Assembly (NCBI RefSeq): GCF_963921235.1
Contig: NC_086107.1
Coordinates: forward strand, 109,680,001-109,744,000
Length of the DNA stretch: 64,000 bases
Reading direction: 5' to 3'
Origin: Mobula hypostoma
Lineage: Eukaryota
Shown in pieces: positions 40,515 to 52,469 of this stretch; position 1 is the stretch's first letter; each line of letters opens with the position of its first letter. The notes beneath the pieces are model-generated. The model had not been told where the DNA came from. It ran no database searches and saw only the letters and a list, made by a program, of their open reading frames with translations. A program made the translations under genes and the position numbers.

Positions 40515-41175
40515 TATTTGTGGGATGAAAGTTTTCCTCTCTGGAATATCTAGAAGCAAGGATCACAGTCTCAGGATAAGTAGCAGGCGGTTCACAATTG
40601 AAGTGAGAATATATCAATTCACTGAAAGGATCTTTGGGATTGCAGACCAGACAGAGGGCCAGACTGGCTTCTTGCAACATACACAAAATGCTGGAGGAGG
40701 TCAGGTCAGGCAACGTGCATGGAAAAGAGTAAACAGTTGATGTTTCAGGACCAGAAAGAAACAGAAGATGGCAGAATAAGAAGGTGGGGGCAGGGGAGGA
40801 AGAAGTACAAAGTGGTAGGTGATAGGTGAAACTGGGGAAGGGCTGAAGTAAAGAGCTGGGAATTGATTGGTGAAGGAGATAAATGGCTGGAGAAGGGGGA
40901 AGAGTTGAGGGCCAGAGAGCTCACAGAGGGAGAACAATGAGAGAGCGTTTCACTGAACACCCGGCGAAGGGAAGCTTTGTTTGTGTTTTAGGGGTTTAGT
41001 TAATCTGGCTGGCATAAGAGACCTGGTGATGGGTTGAAAAGAAACTGCAGAGTCTTACAGTTCAGAGTCACTCTGGCTCGTGGCTCTGAGAATGGCCAAA
41101 ACTGAAAAATGGCAGATGTCATTCAGCCAAGGTACTGAATCCAGAGCAGGATAAACCTCTTGCTAACTTGGAGCA

Positions 41176-41459
41176 AACAACAGGAATTCTGCAGATGCTG
41201 GAAATTCAAGCAACACACATCAAAGTTACTGGTGAACGCAGCAGGCCAGGCAGCATCTGTAGGAAGAGGTGCAGTCGACGTTTCAGGCCGAGACCCTTCA
41301 TCAGGACTAACTGAAGGAAGAGTGAGTAAGAGATTACTCACTCTTACTCACTCTTCCTTCAGTTAGTCCTGATGAAGGGTCTCGGCCTGAAATGTTGACT
41401 GCACGTCTTCCTAGAGATGCTGCCTGGCCTGCTGCGTTCACCAGTAACTTTGATGTGTG
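41176..41459. mobile_element. fold-back PLE insertion with two ribozyme motifs
   Basis: ~120-bp inverted arms; 16-bp direct repeat TTGCTAACTTGGAGCA 41160-41175 / 41460-41475. Confidence 0.85.
41272..41309 (-). ncRNA. minimal hammerhead ribozyme motif
   Basis: TAGTC-CTGATGA-A-GGGtctcggCCT-GAAAC-GTC-GACTG. Confidence 0.7.
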
Positions 41460-42594
41460 TTGCTAACTTGGAGCAGCAGGTTTGAAAAGCACTCTGGAAT
41501 AAATAAATTTAGAAAGGAGTGTTGGAAAACAAATCTGTTTGATCATTGGCATAAGTCACGCAAACCAATTGGTTCCTAAGATAGATTTGTTCCCCCGTGT
41601 TGGTGCTTGGTCATCAAAAGTACGTTTTCTAAGTTTTATTTCTGTTAGCCCGTAGCCTCAACCACAGGAAGTTAATTCCTTCCAATTTATGTCTGTATAA
41701 CAATTTTGGAGATTCTGGCATTGTGACAAACAATACTGGACTGTTAGTCTTTTGTATATACAAAGTTTAAATTACACTTTATATTTTTTTTTTGCTGATG
41801 TTATATCCCGGACTGATGCTAATTTATCTCAATGTTGTGATTTGGGATTTGTCCACCAGTTGAGCTACAACAGCTTTCAAACGTGAAACATAACTAAATT
41901 CCAGCACTTGCTAACCAGCAGCTCTGAAACATAAATGCGAAAAAGCGCTAATTTGCTGTGGCTGCGTGGACTGGATTGGAGAGCCTGGAATCCGCACATG
42001 TCTGTGCTATTCCAAATTGAGACCGCATTTCGGCCTGCTTGTTAATTAAATGGTCACCGCACAGGTAGGGAGCTGCACCCTTCAATTCAAGACATCAGGG
42101 AAGAATGTCGCCATCTTTCTAAGACACTCAACCAAGAGGATGATAGTCCCGTTCTTGTAGCCCAGGGCATATTAGTAAGAAAGCTTTCCTCCTATTGTTG
42201 CATTTTGAGCTAGTGCACTATTTTTGAGTTTAATTCATTCTTCTTCAAGACCTTCCTCATTCAGTTTCCCTCTTCAGCTAGAATTAATAGGTTTCTCCTC
42301 TTTCACCATCTTCCCATTTCTCCCCCGGTGCCTCACAATCCCGATGAAGGACATTGGCCCAAGACGTTGACTCTTTATTCCTCTCCATACCTGTGGAGTT
42401 CCTCCAGCATTTGTGTGTATTGATTCGTATTTACAAAAGTGAATTATCAAATAACGCACACCAAATACTGGAGGAGCTCATCAAGTCAGGCAGCAACTAT
42501 AGAGGGAAATAAACAGTTGGTGTTCAGGGCCGAGACCCTTCATGCTTCTACCCTCTTCTTTTCCAGTCCTGCTGAAGAGTCTTGGCCCAAAATA

Positions 42595-43902
42595 TACTTT
42601 ATACTTCTATACTTTATACTTTATTGTCGCCAAACAATTAGTACTAGAACGTACAATCATCACAGCGATATTTGATTCTGCGCTTCACACTCCCTGGATT
42701 ACAAATATTAAATATTAAAAATATTAGAAATAGTTATTAGTAAATATTAAAATTTTACTTATAAATCATAAATAGAAAATAGAAAAATGGGAAGTAAGGT
42801 AGTGCAAAAAAACCGAGAGGCAGGTCCGGATATTTGGAGGGTACGGCCCAGATCCGGGTCAGGATCTGTTTTGCAATCTTATCACAGTTGGAAAGAAGCT
42901 GTTCCCAAATCTGGCCGTACGAGTCTTTAAGCTCCTGAGCCTTCTCCCGGAGGGAAAAGGGACAAAAAGTCTGTTGGCTGGGTGGGTCATGTCCTTGATT
43001 ATCCTGGCAGCACTGCTCCGACAGCGTGCGGTGTAAAGTGAGTCCACAGATGGAAGATTGGTTTGTGTGATGTGTTGCGCCATGTTCACGATCTTCTGCA
43101 GCTTCTTTCGGTCTTGGACAGGACAACTTCCATACCAGGTTGTGATGCACCCTAGAAGAATGCTTTCTATGGTGCATCTATAAAAATTGTTGAGAGTTTT
43201 AGGGGACAGGCTAAATTTTTTTAGTTTTCTCAGGAAGTAAAGGCGCTGGTGGGCCAACTCTGCTTGGTTGGACCAAGTCAGGTCATTTATGATATTGACC
43301 CCGAGGAACTTAAAGCTTTTGACCTGTTCCACTTGTGCACCATCAATGTAAATTGGGTCGTGCAGTCTGCTACTCCTTCTGAAGTCAGCAACCAATTCCT
43401 TCGTCTTGCTGACGTTGAGGGATAGGTTATTGTCTTCGTACCATGCCACCATGTTCTTAATTTCCTCTCTGTACTCAAACTCATCATTACCTGAGATATG
43501 GCCTACAATTGTTGTGTCATCAGCAAAATTATATATTGAGTTTGATGGAAACTTGGCTACACAATCATGGGTGTACAGTGAGTACAGCAGGGGGCTGAGT
43601 ACACAGCCTTGTGGGGCACCGGTGCTCAGAGTGGTTGTAGAGGAGAGCTTGTCCCCTATTTTTGCAGCCTGGGTCCTGTCTGTGATGAAGTTGAAGATCC
43701 AGCTGCAGATCTGAGTGCTAAGGCCCAGGTTCCGGAGCTTAGGAATCAGATTATTTGGAGTGATGGTATTAAAGGCAGAGCTGTGGTCAATGAAAAGGAG
43801 CCTTACGTATGTGTCTTTATTCTCCAGGTGTTCTAAGGAGGAATGTAGGGCCAGAGAGATGGCATCTGCTGTTGACCTGTTGCTCCGGTAGGCGAATTGC
43901 AA
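42595..43902 (-). mobile_element. young 5'-truncated Rex1/Babar LINE with open 347-aa RT fragment (42859-43902)
   Basis: [43 protein letters not shown]; (TAAAGTA)n tail. Confidence 0.92.
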
Positions 43903-46794
43903 GGTGAGGTGGTGGAGAAGAAAGAATGAGGATTTTGTGCCGGTGAAAGTTCTAAAGGGGGCGCCAGCAAAGAATTCTGACCAGTCCGAAATACAAATCT
44001 CTTTCCAGAATCACCTTCAGTGCGTTCACCCCTCCACATGAAAGGAGAAAAATATTAAATATTGGCTGTTTATTCCCCTCCATAGCTGCTAAGTTCCTCC
44101 AGCATTTTTGTGTGTTTTGCTCTGGATTTCCAGAATCTCTTGTGTTTATGATCACCCAGTCCTTGATATTCTGCACAGTGACTCTTAGGTCTTGATAAAC
44201 AGAAGATGAGAAGGGATTCATTACTGGGCTCTACTGAGAAAAAGTAATTTTTCAAATCCCTACCAAGCCAGACTGTAGCAACATAAAATAATTTAATAAA
44301 TCTGGAATAAGAGGCTAATATTTGTGATGGAGATGAGGAAATTACTACATATGAGAGCCAATGAGATTGCATCTGCTGTAGTGGTTCCAAGTCGTTGCGG
44401 AGGCAGGAGTTGATTGTAGGCATAACCTACCTCTCAAAGCACTTCATCACCAGAGATGTGAGTGCTACTGGACTCAAATAAAGGTCTGGGTTTCCTTTCA
44501 AATGGGTTGGCCAAGGACAGGTTGCTGTTCGTTGGCTTATAGTGAGCTGTGTTCTTGATCTCAGCTAAGGAGTTATTCTGACCTGAGTGAACTCTGTGTG
44601 CTAGTGGGACATACAACTGCCACAATTATGTTGTGGTTCAGTCCTGATTCACCCATCCAGGGATTTTATTTTCCAAGGTTGGAGTCATTTTAGGAGTATA
44701 TGCCGAGACGGGTATTTAATATTTTTCTCCTTTCATGTGGAGGGGTGAACCCACTGAAGGGGATTCTGGAAAGAGATTTGTATTTCGGACTGGTCAGAAA
44801 ACCCTCATTCTTTCTTCTCCTCTGCCTCACCGCCTCAACACCCTGCACATCTCAAACCTTTTTAATTTTACCTCTTGGCACCTGGTCAATGTCTCTACAC
44901 TCTTCCCTCTTTGTTTGCTGTACCTACTGCCCGTTACACTGCTGGTGTTTAGGTCAGCTATGAAGGCCGTCCATCCCTACCTGTCCTGCAGTTATTTGTG
45001 CTGGCTTGCCAGTGTTGTACATGGTTTGTACAGTCCAAACATCAACTTTGGTCTTGGTCTTGGTGGTGTTCAGGGCTTCCTTCAGCGAGCCGGTAGCTTC
45101 CTCGGGGTTTTCACTACTGTCAGCCATGCAAGTCCTGAGTGGAGATGTAGAAGTGCCATCACACTCAGATGTAGAAGGAGTCTTCATTGCTGTTTTCATA
45201 ACAATTTAGGGTGCCTTGTTAGTCAGTTAGCCCTGAGCTAAACCTCGAATACTGAGGACGGGTGAACTACTCTTATCCTCTATCCTTTGACCTGTTTGGC
45301 ATGGGTGACCCTACCAAGAACCAAAGCACTCGTCTCTGACTTCAGCCAACATAGCTCTGTGGGTCATTGAGGCACGCGAGCCTCCAGACCACGACATGGT
45401 TGTGATCCTCTTGTTGGTTTGTTTGTTGAGATGTCAGGTTATTCTCGCACTAAGTGATGCCCAAATTAGTTAGTTACTGCTTGTTAACACCGATGCCCAG
45501 GAGTGTGAGGAAATATGCCAAGATGTGATTAGTGTGCAAAGTTCTCTTGCGCTGTGACAAAGTAGATACCACTGAGTACATGACATGAAGCTAATTGTGA
45601 GGAGCTGTTTCAGTCACTTTAGAGCAACACACACACCCAAAATGCTGGCGGAACTGAGAAGGTGGAGTCTGGCAGGAGAAGAGAGTGACCATAGGAGAAA
45701 GGGAAGGAGGAAAGGGAAGGGAAGGAAAGGGAGAGGTGATAGGCAGATAAGAAGAGGTAAGAAGGCCAGAGTGAGGAATAGAAGAAGAGGGAAGGGTGGG
45801 GGGGAGATTTCTTTTTACCGAAAGGAGAAATCAATATTAGTAGTTGATGTCCATTACTATCTTACTGTACAGCAGTGGCCATTTTCCAAGCCGAGACCAA
45901 GAGCAAGATAATGAGCATGCAGTCTTTTCAGCTGGGGTGGGGGGGGGGTATTCAACACGGTGGCATAATGCATTGCAGTGCCCGATTCCTGCCACGGTTT
46001 GTAGGGAGTTTGTTCATTCTCCCCATGACCAAGTGGATTTCCTGCGAGAGCTCTGGTTTCTGTCCACATTCCAAAGACACACAGTTAGGGTTAGAAAGTT
46101 GTGGGATGTGTGGCTACGCTTTCCCAGCATGATCCTTACTGGTTTGATTTGATGCTAACAGCATCAACAACATTGTCTGCTTCGACATACTTGTGAGAAG
46201 TAAAGCGAATCTTTGACTCCAGTCGTGTTCAGTGGCAGGTGTACGCTTCGAGCGGCTTCTCCTCCTTGTCCCACTCGAGATTAGAGTGCTCTCTGAGAGA
46301 CCTTCCTGATCTGCGTCAGTAAACACACCTAGAGACACCATTAACAAGTGAGCCCGAACAAGGTACTGTGTCTCATTGATCGGGTGATTGGAGATGACGT
46401 TCATTTTGAGCTGTGCTCGCAGCTACGGAGTGAACAGGGGAGATTGAAGGGAGCTGAAAGAGCCACTTTTCGCTCTGTCCTTCTGGGTGAGAGCATCGTT
46501 GTGTCAAAGAGCGGGACTGCCAGTGTGACTCCATCACTCTGTCTGCCCGCCGGCTCCTATGACTTCACAGGCACCGTGATGACTTCAGGGAGTAAATGCA
46601 ATAAACTCGAGGGATTTTTTTTTACTCGAGTGTTGTCAAGTTGAAGGGAGCTGACAGGCTACCCTGTTCAGATTAGATTAATAAAGCGGCAGCCGTGTGT
46701 GTTTAAAACTGTACACTGAGAGTTACTATATTTAAACAGTGAAATTAAATTGTGGGTCAGACAGATGTTTCCAGATGGTGAGACCAAGAAGCTT

Positions 46795-47266
46795 TCCCTT
46801 TCCCATTCCTGTTCTGATATGTCGGTCCATGGCTTCCTCTTCTGCCAAGATGAGGCCACTTTCAGGTGGGGGAGCAACACCTCATATTCCGTCTGGGTAC
46901 CCTCCAACCTGATGGCATGAACATTGATTTCTCCTTCCCTCCCCCTTTCCTCTGTTTCCACTGTGACCTTTCACCTTGTCTCACCTGCCAATCACTTCTC
47001 CTCTCCTATCAGATTCCTTCCTCTCCAGCTCTTGACCTTTCCCACCCACCTGGCTTCACCTATCACCTTCCTGCTAGCCTCCTTCCCTTTCCCCCGCCTT
47101 TTCATTCTGGCGTCTTCCTGTTTCCTTCTCAGTCCTGAAGAAGGGTCTTGATCTGAACCATCAGCTGTTAATTTACTTCCATTGATTCTGCCTAACCTGC
47201 TGAGTTCCTCCAGCATTTTGGGTGTGTTGCTCTGGATTTCCAACATCTGCAGATTTTCATGTGTTT
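46795..47266 (+). mobile_element. Penelope-like element fragment
   Basis: EQHLIFRLGTLQPDGMNIDFS followed by the terminal repeat. Confidence 0.8.
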
Positions 47267-47281
47267 GAGCTTTACGTATCT

Positions 47282-47818
47282 TCAGTGGCCACTTTATTAG
47301 GTACACCGGTGCACCTGCTCGTTAATGTAAATATCTAATCAGCCAATCGTGTGGCAGCAACTTGATGCATAAAAGCATGCAGACATGTTCAAGAGGTTTA
47401 GTTGTTCAGACCAGACATCAGAATGGAGAAGAAATGTGATCTTAGTGACTTTGTGAAATGATTGTTTGTGCCAAGCAGGGTGATTTAAGTGTCTCGTCTC
47501 AGAAACAGGTGATTTCCTGGGACTTTCTCCCACAACAGTCCCCAGAGTTTAAATGAATGGTGCAAAAAACAGAAAAAAACATCCAGTCAATGACAGTTCT
47601 GTGGATGAAAGTGCCTTATTAATGAAAGCGGGCAGAGCAGAATGGACAGAACGGTTTGCTCAAATAACCATGCATTACAACGGTGGTATGCGGTAAAGCA
47701 TCTCTGAATGGACATGCCAAACCTTGAAGTGGAAGGGCTACAGGAGCTGAAGACAATGATATGCACTCAGTGGCTATTTATTAGGTACAGGAAGTATCAG
47801 TAAAGTGGGCAATGAGTG
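47282..47818 (+). mobile_element. non-autonomous Tc1
   Basis: Same family as 39343-40514. Confidence 0.85.
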
Positions 47819-47835
47819 TATAAATTAGTCACTAA

Positions 47836-48877
47836 TCTATATACTACCAAAACTCTCATGCTCTATCTCGTCTGTTTGTGACCTCCAATTAGCACAGACG
47901 ATGCATTACAGCGGCACTTCTTTCGGCTAAATCAAATTAAAATGCACTAACTTACAGAATGCAGGCAAAGTTCAGGGTTATATATTCGTATAGTATTGCT
48001 CATTCGCCAAAATCAACAGGCTCCCTTTTTAACCCAAGAGCCGATCCGCCATCATGGAAATCAGGACGCGACAACCCGACGCATGCGCACAGCCAGCCTC
48101 AGCAGCGACACCTACCGGAGCAAAGGGGCAGGGCAGTTCTATTTCGAGGGGTCACATTCTGCTCATCACCATCAGCATGTGCAGGATGGGACAGATCTGG
48201 CTGCCACCCATCAATAAGTGATAATTAAATCTTACTGTAATGACGTACTTTGAGACACTCATAAAACACTTTGCTGTAGTCAAAGGACAGCAGTGACTAT
48301 ATCACGTCCATTTAGGAGAATGCCAACCACATCATCAAGAATAATCGGCATCCTTTGGTGTCAGTGCTTCGTATCTTCTATGGGGGGACATTATGATCAA
48401 GAGGTGACGCCAAACGTCATCGGGAAGCGGCAAGGAGAGGGAGAGAACAAGAATCGGATGAGGCCAGGGCCATACGACTCCAGGATCAAAGAGTCAAGAC
48501 AAAAAAAGATGAGAGAAGAAGAGACAGAGGAGGAGAGGCATGCACGTCTCCAGGATCAGAGACAAACAACAAACAGCAGAAGAGCTGAAGAGACGGGGGA
48601 TGAAAGGACTGCACCTTTCCAGAATGACAATGAGAGGCACAAGGGTGGCAGATAAACCAGAAATGATGCCATCAAAAGTGTCCTTTGTTAAATGAGGAGG
48701 AGCTGTATTTGCTTTGCTACGTGTCATTCTTCTTTAATAAACTGAGGTTTTCTACTTCAGTTTCCAAAGCAAAGTGATACCAATAGCATTCAGGAAAATT
48801 TAATGTTCATTCTGGTCACATCAGACTACACTACCCTTCTCTCTAAGGGTGCCCCAATGGGTCACCCTGTTGTCTAG
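47836..48877 (+). mobile_element. non-autonomous Helitron
   Basis: A|TC start, CTAG|T end, subterminal hairpin 48846-48868, EETEEERHARLQDQR charged repeats. Confidence 0.85.
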
Positions 48878-50619
48878 TAGATTATTATAAATTTCTGTAC
48901 CCAAGTTTGTCAGGGATGTGGCACTTAGTCCATTTAGAAATAAATGCAGTCAATCAAATAATTAAAGAGAAGCTGGATAACAACTTTATTTTTAAATGGT
49001 GAAATTAAATTGTGGGTCAGACAAATGTTTCCAGAAAGTAAGACCAAGAAGCCATGCATACATTCTGTCCACTTTATTAGCTACACCTGTACACCTCGTT
49101 AATGCAAATTTCTAATCAGCCAATCATGTGGCAGCAACTCAATGCATAAAAGCATGCAGACACGGTCAAGAGATTCAGTTGTTCAGACCAAACATCAGAA
49201 TGGGGAAGAAATGTGATCTGAGTGAATGTGAGACAGAAAATTCATTGATCAATGAATTGAAATCAAAACTGTCATATTGTAGATGGGCCGAATATCCTGC
49301 TTCAGTGCTGTTGCTCCTTGCAGTTTTCTGTCATCTGTCAAGAGTTTTTCAATTAATTGTTTCTTCCGTTTGCTCATGCCTCACCGATGTGATTGTATAA
49401 CCAGCAGTGGGTTCCGATGTCTCAGCCAAAGGAACATCTTCCACCTGTGACCTGATCTAGTGATTTGACCACAAGGAACATCACAGTGCAGTCTGCTGCT
49501 ACCTACACTGGATTTCCCAGGCACATTTTTCAAGCTCTTCTATTTGCTTCCTTGTCTATTGATGTTGAGGCCAGCTGTAGTACCTGAATCCCTGCCAGAG
49601 CTGAAACAAGCCATTGCTTCATAGATCACATTAATGGCCTTCTTTATGCAAGTATCTCTGGGTTACCTGTCTGGCCATCTGTGGAACTGGGTTGTAATTA
49701 CTTCTCTTTGATAAAGGGAGTGATTTGAGCACGCCAGTGTGGTCTCTGCTCACATGCTTGATTATGGAGTAACACATCAACAAGAACCCCCACCACCCAG
49801 ACCATGCTCTCTTCTCGCTGCTGCCATCAGAAAGAAGGTACAGGAGCCTCAGGACCCACACCACCAGGTTCAGGGGCAGTTATTACCCCTCAATCATCAG
49901 GCTCTTGAACCAGTGGAGGTAACTTCACTTGCTCCATCACTGAACTGGTCCCACAACCTATGGACTTATTTTCAAGGACTCTTTATCTCATGTTATTGAT
50001 ATTCATTGCTTATTTATAATAATAATTTTTTTTTTCTCTTTCTGTTATTTGCACATTTTATTGCCTTTTGCACGTCAGTTGTCTGTCCTGTTGGGCATGG
50101 TATTTCATTGATTCTGTTATACGTCTTCAATTTAATGAGTGTGCTCGCAAGAAAATGAACCTGAAGTGTGTATGATGATAATAAATTTACTTTGAACTTT
50201 CAAGCCCACTCACAATGCTGGAGGAACTCAGCAGGTCAGGAAGCATCCATGGAATGGAATAAATGGTCGACGTTTTGGGCCAACATCTTCCTGCTTCCTT
50301 TCTAGTTCTGATGAAGGGTCTCGACGTGAAACAGTGACTGTTTATCCCTTTCAGTAGACGCTGCCTGACCTGCTGAGCCCCTCCAGCATTTTGTTGCTGT
50401 TTCTCTGGATTTCCAGCTCTGCAAAGTCTTCTGTGGTTTTCATCAAGCAGTATCTTTCATATTGCATTTATCTATTAATGTTTTTTTGCCTCTGAGCATG
50501 TATATTATATTTCAGTCCTCTATTAGTGACCTAATCTGCTGATAAGGAGCTTCTGAAGCCTCTGTTCAATGAATCAGGTGATGTTTGAGAGTGTAGGTTG
50601 GTTTCTGTGAAAAGCTGTG

Positions 50620-51884
50620 TAGAATTATGGATACTCTTCCTACAGATGCTGTTTGGCCTGCTGCGTTCACCAGCAACTTTGATGTATGTTGCTTGAATTT
50701 CCAGCATCTGCAGAATTCCTGTTGTTTGCATAGAATTATGGATTCCAATTAATTGGGACTGGTACATTTTGGTCCAATTAAGTGGCTGCCCCAGTATTCC
50801 AAAGTTTCATGGAAATAGTCAAGAAAGTATAAAGAAGACAAACTACCATTTAATTGAGTAAAAAATTGTGTATTTGAGTGAAATATGGAACAATTTAGAA
50901 CACTACCAATATGATAGTACTATAAAACTGTGTATTTATATAGTTTTCGACAGAGGAATTCACCCTAGTGTGCACTGCTGTGTTCTTTTGATTGACTGTA
51001 AATGAACAAAATCAGCACGGACACGGAGTGCTTTTGTACAATGTTTTTGACAATTGCATCTCCAAATCTTCATTTTCATTGTAACATTCAAGATGATTGT
51101 CTATATCTGTACGTTCAAAGTTCTTCGTAGTTCTTGATTTGTTTAAATATTTAATTAATTTCACTTTCACTTCTGCCATTTTTGGCATCTCCAAGCCTGA
51201 ATGCTTGAAACCACAATGAGCAAAATAGTTCTGAATTGTCTTACTGCTTATTCTTGCCAACTACCAGTGATAAAACTCACTGATTTTTGGACACAAATAA
51301 ACACAACTGACGCTGTTTAAAAATAGTTTGCCCTAAGCACGATATGGTGTCTAACAGCCATACGAGTGCACACAACTACTGGTAGTTAGAAACTGTTTGG
51401 CAACAGTCTTCTTTCCCGATCAAATGGCATAGTATCCCAAATAAACAAAGGGAATCCCTACTATTTTCCGGATTAGTTTTTGTTCTTTAAGAGTTATCCC
51501 AAAAAAAGTGTCTGCCCCAATTAAGATAAGATAAGGCATCTGTTAGTCTTGCGAGACCATGGATCTGCGCCTGGAAAGTCTTCACTCTCCAGGGTGCAGG
51601 CCTGGGCAAGATTGTATGGAAGACCGGCAGTTTCCCATACTACATCTCCCCTCTCCACGACACCAATGTTGTCCAAGGGAAGGGCAAGGGCCGATACAGC
51701 TTGGCACCAGTGTCGTCACAGAGCACTGTGTGGTTAAATGCCTTGCTGAAGGACACAACACGCTGCCTCGGCTGGGGCTCGAACTCACGACCTTCAGGTT
51801 ACTAGTCAAATGCCTTACCCACTTCGCCATGTGCCCACACATGCCCCAATTAACCAGTAGCCTAATTAACGGGAATTCACTGTA
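50620..51884 (-). mobile_element. Tigger/pogo-like derivative with nested PLE piece and SINE
   Basis: ISSKTIQNYFAHCGF remnant; terminus ...AATTAACGGGAATTCACTG|TA; left end approximate. Confidence 0.65.
51525..51841 (-). mobile_element. tRNA-derived CORE-like SINE, full length
   Basis: A box TGGCGAAGTGG, B box GTTCGAGCC, CORE-like TGTGTCCTTCAGCAAGGCATTTAACC, (CTTAT)n tail, 12-bp TSD TGCCCCAATTAA. Confidence 0.85.
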
Positions 51885-52469
51885 TTGAGTTAATTAACAG
51901 CATGATAGTCCATATCTGGGTGCTGGGGTGGAGATAGATCTCTACCAAATGAGGTGTAAGGCGCTCGTTCCCTCTGCTAGCCTGCCGGTCGCCCTTGGGT
52001 GAGTCATAGCCCCCTGACCCCTGCTCCTCCGATCAGGGCCACGTGAAGCCATGAGAGCAGGTGGTGGATGGGCGTATGAGCAGCTGGTGCATAATCATGT
52101 CCTGGTTATGTGACCGCTGACGCCAGGCAGACAGTCTCTGGAGAGTATTGATAATGGCTGGGGGTCACCCGTCTTGTAAAGACGCTGCCCAGAAGAAAGC
52201 AATGGTAAACCACTTCTGCAGAAGAACTTGCCAAGAGCAATCGTGGTCATCAAAAGAACATGATTGCCCACATCATAGGACACAGCACGTAACAACAATG
52301 ATGACAGTCCACATCACTATAGCTGAGGGACTGTAATGCTGTAAGTTTTCTGTTCTAATCCTTACTTCTAACTTTCATTACAATTCCAAGTCTTGGGCTC
52401 AGAACCACATGGTTTTAAAAGTTAGAGACTTTAAACGTAAAGAAGAGTTGGGACAAAAATGAAATGTAC

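Noticed and set aside
42859..43902. 347-aa ORF as a host or domesticated gene
   Set aside because: 5'-truncated Rex1 RT with no ATG start, and a near-identical copy at 7841-8643.
51745..51841. tRNA gene
   Set aside because: It is the tRNA-derived head of a SINE with a tail and TSD.
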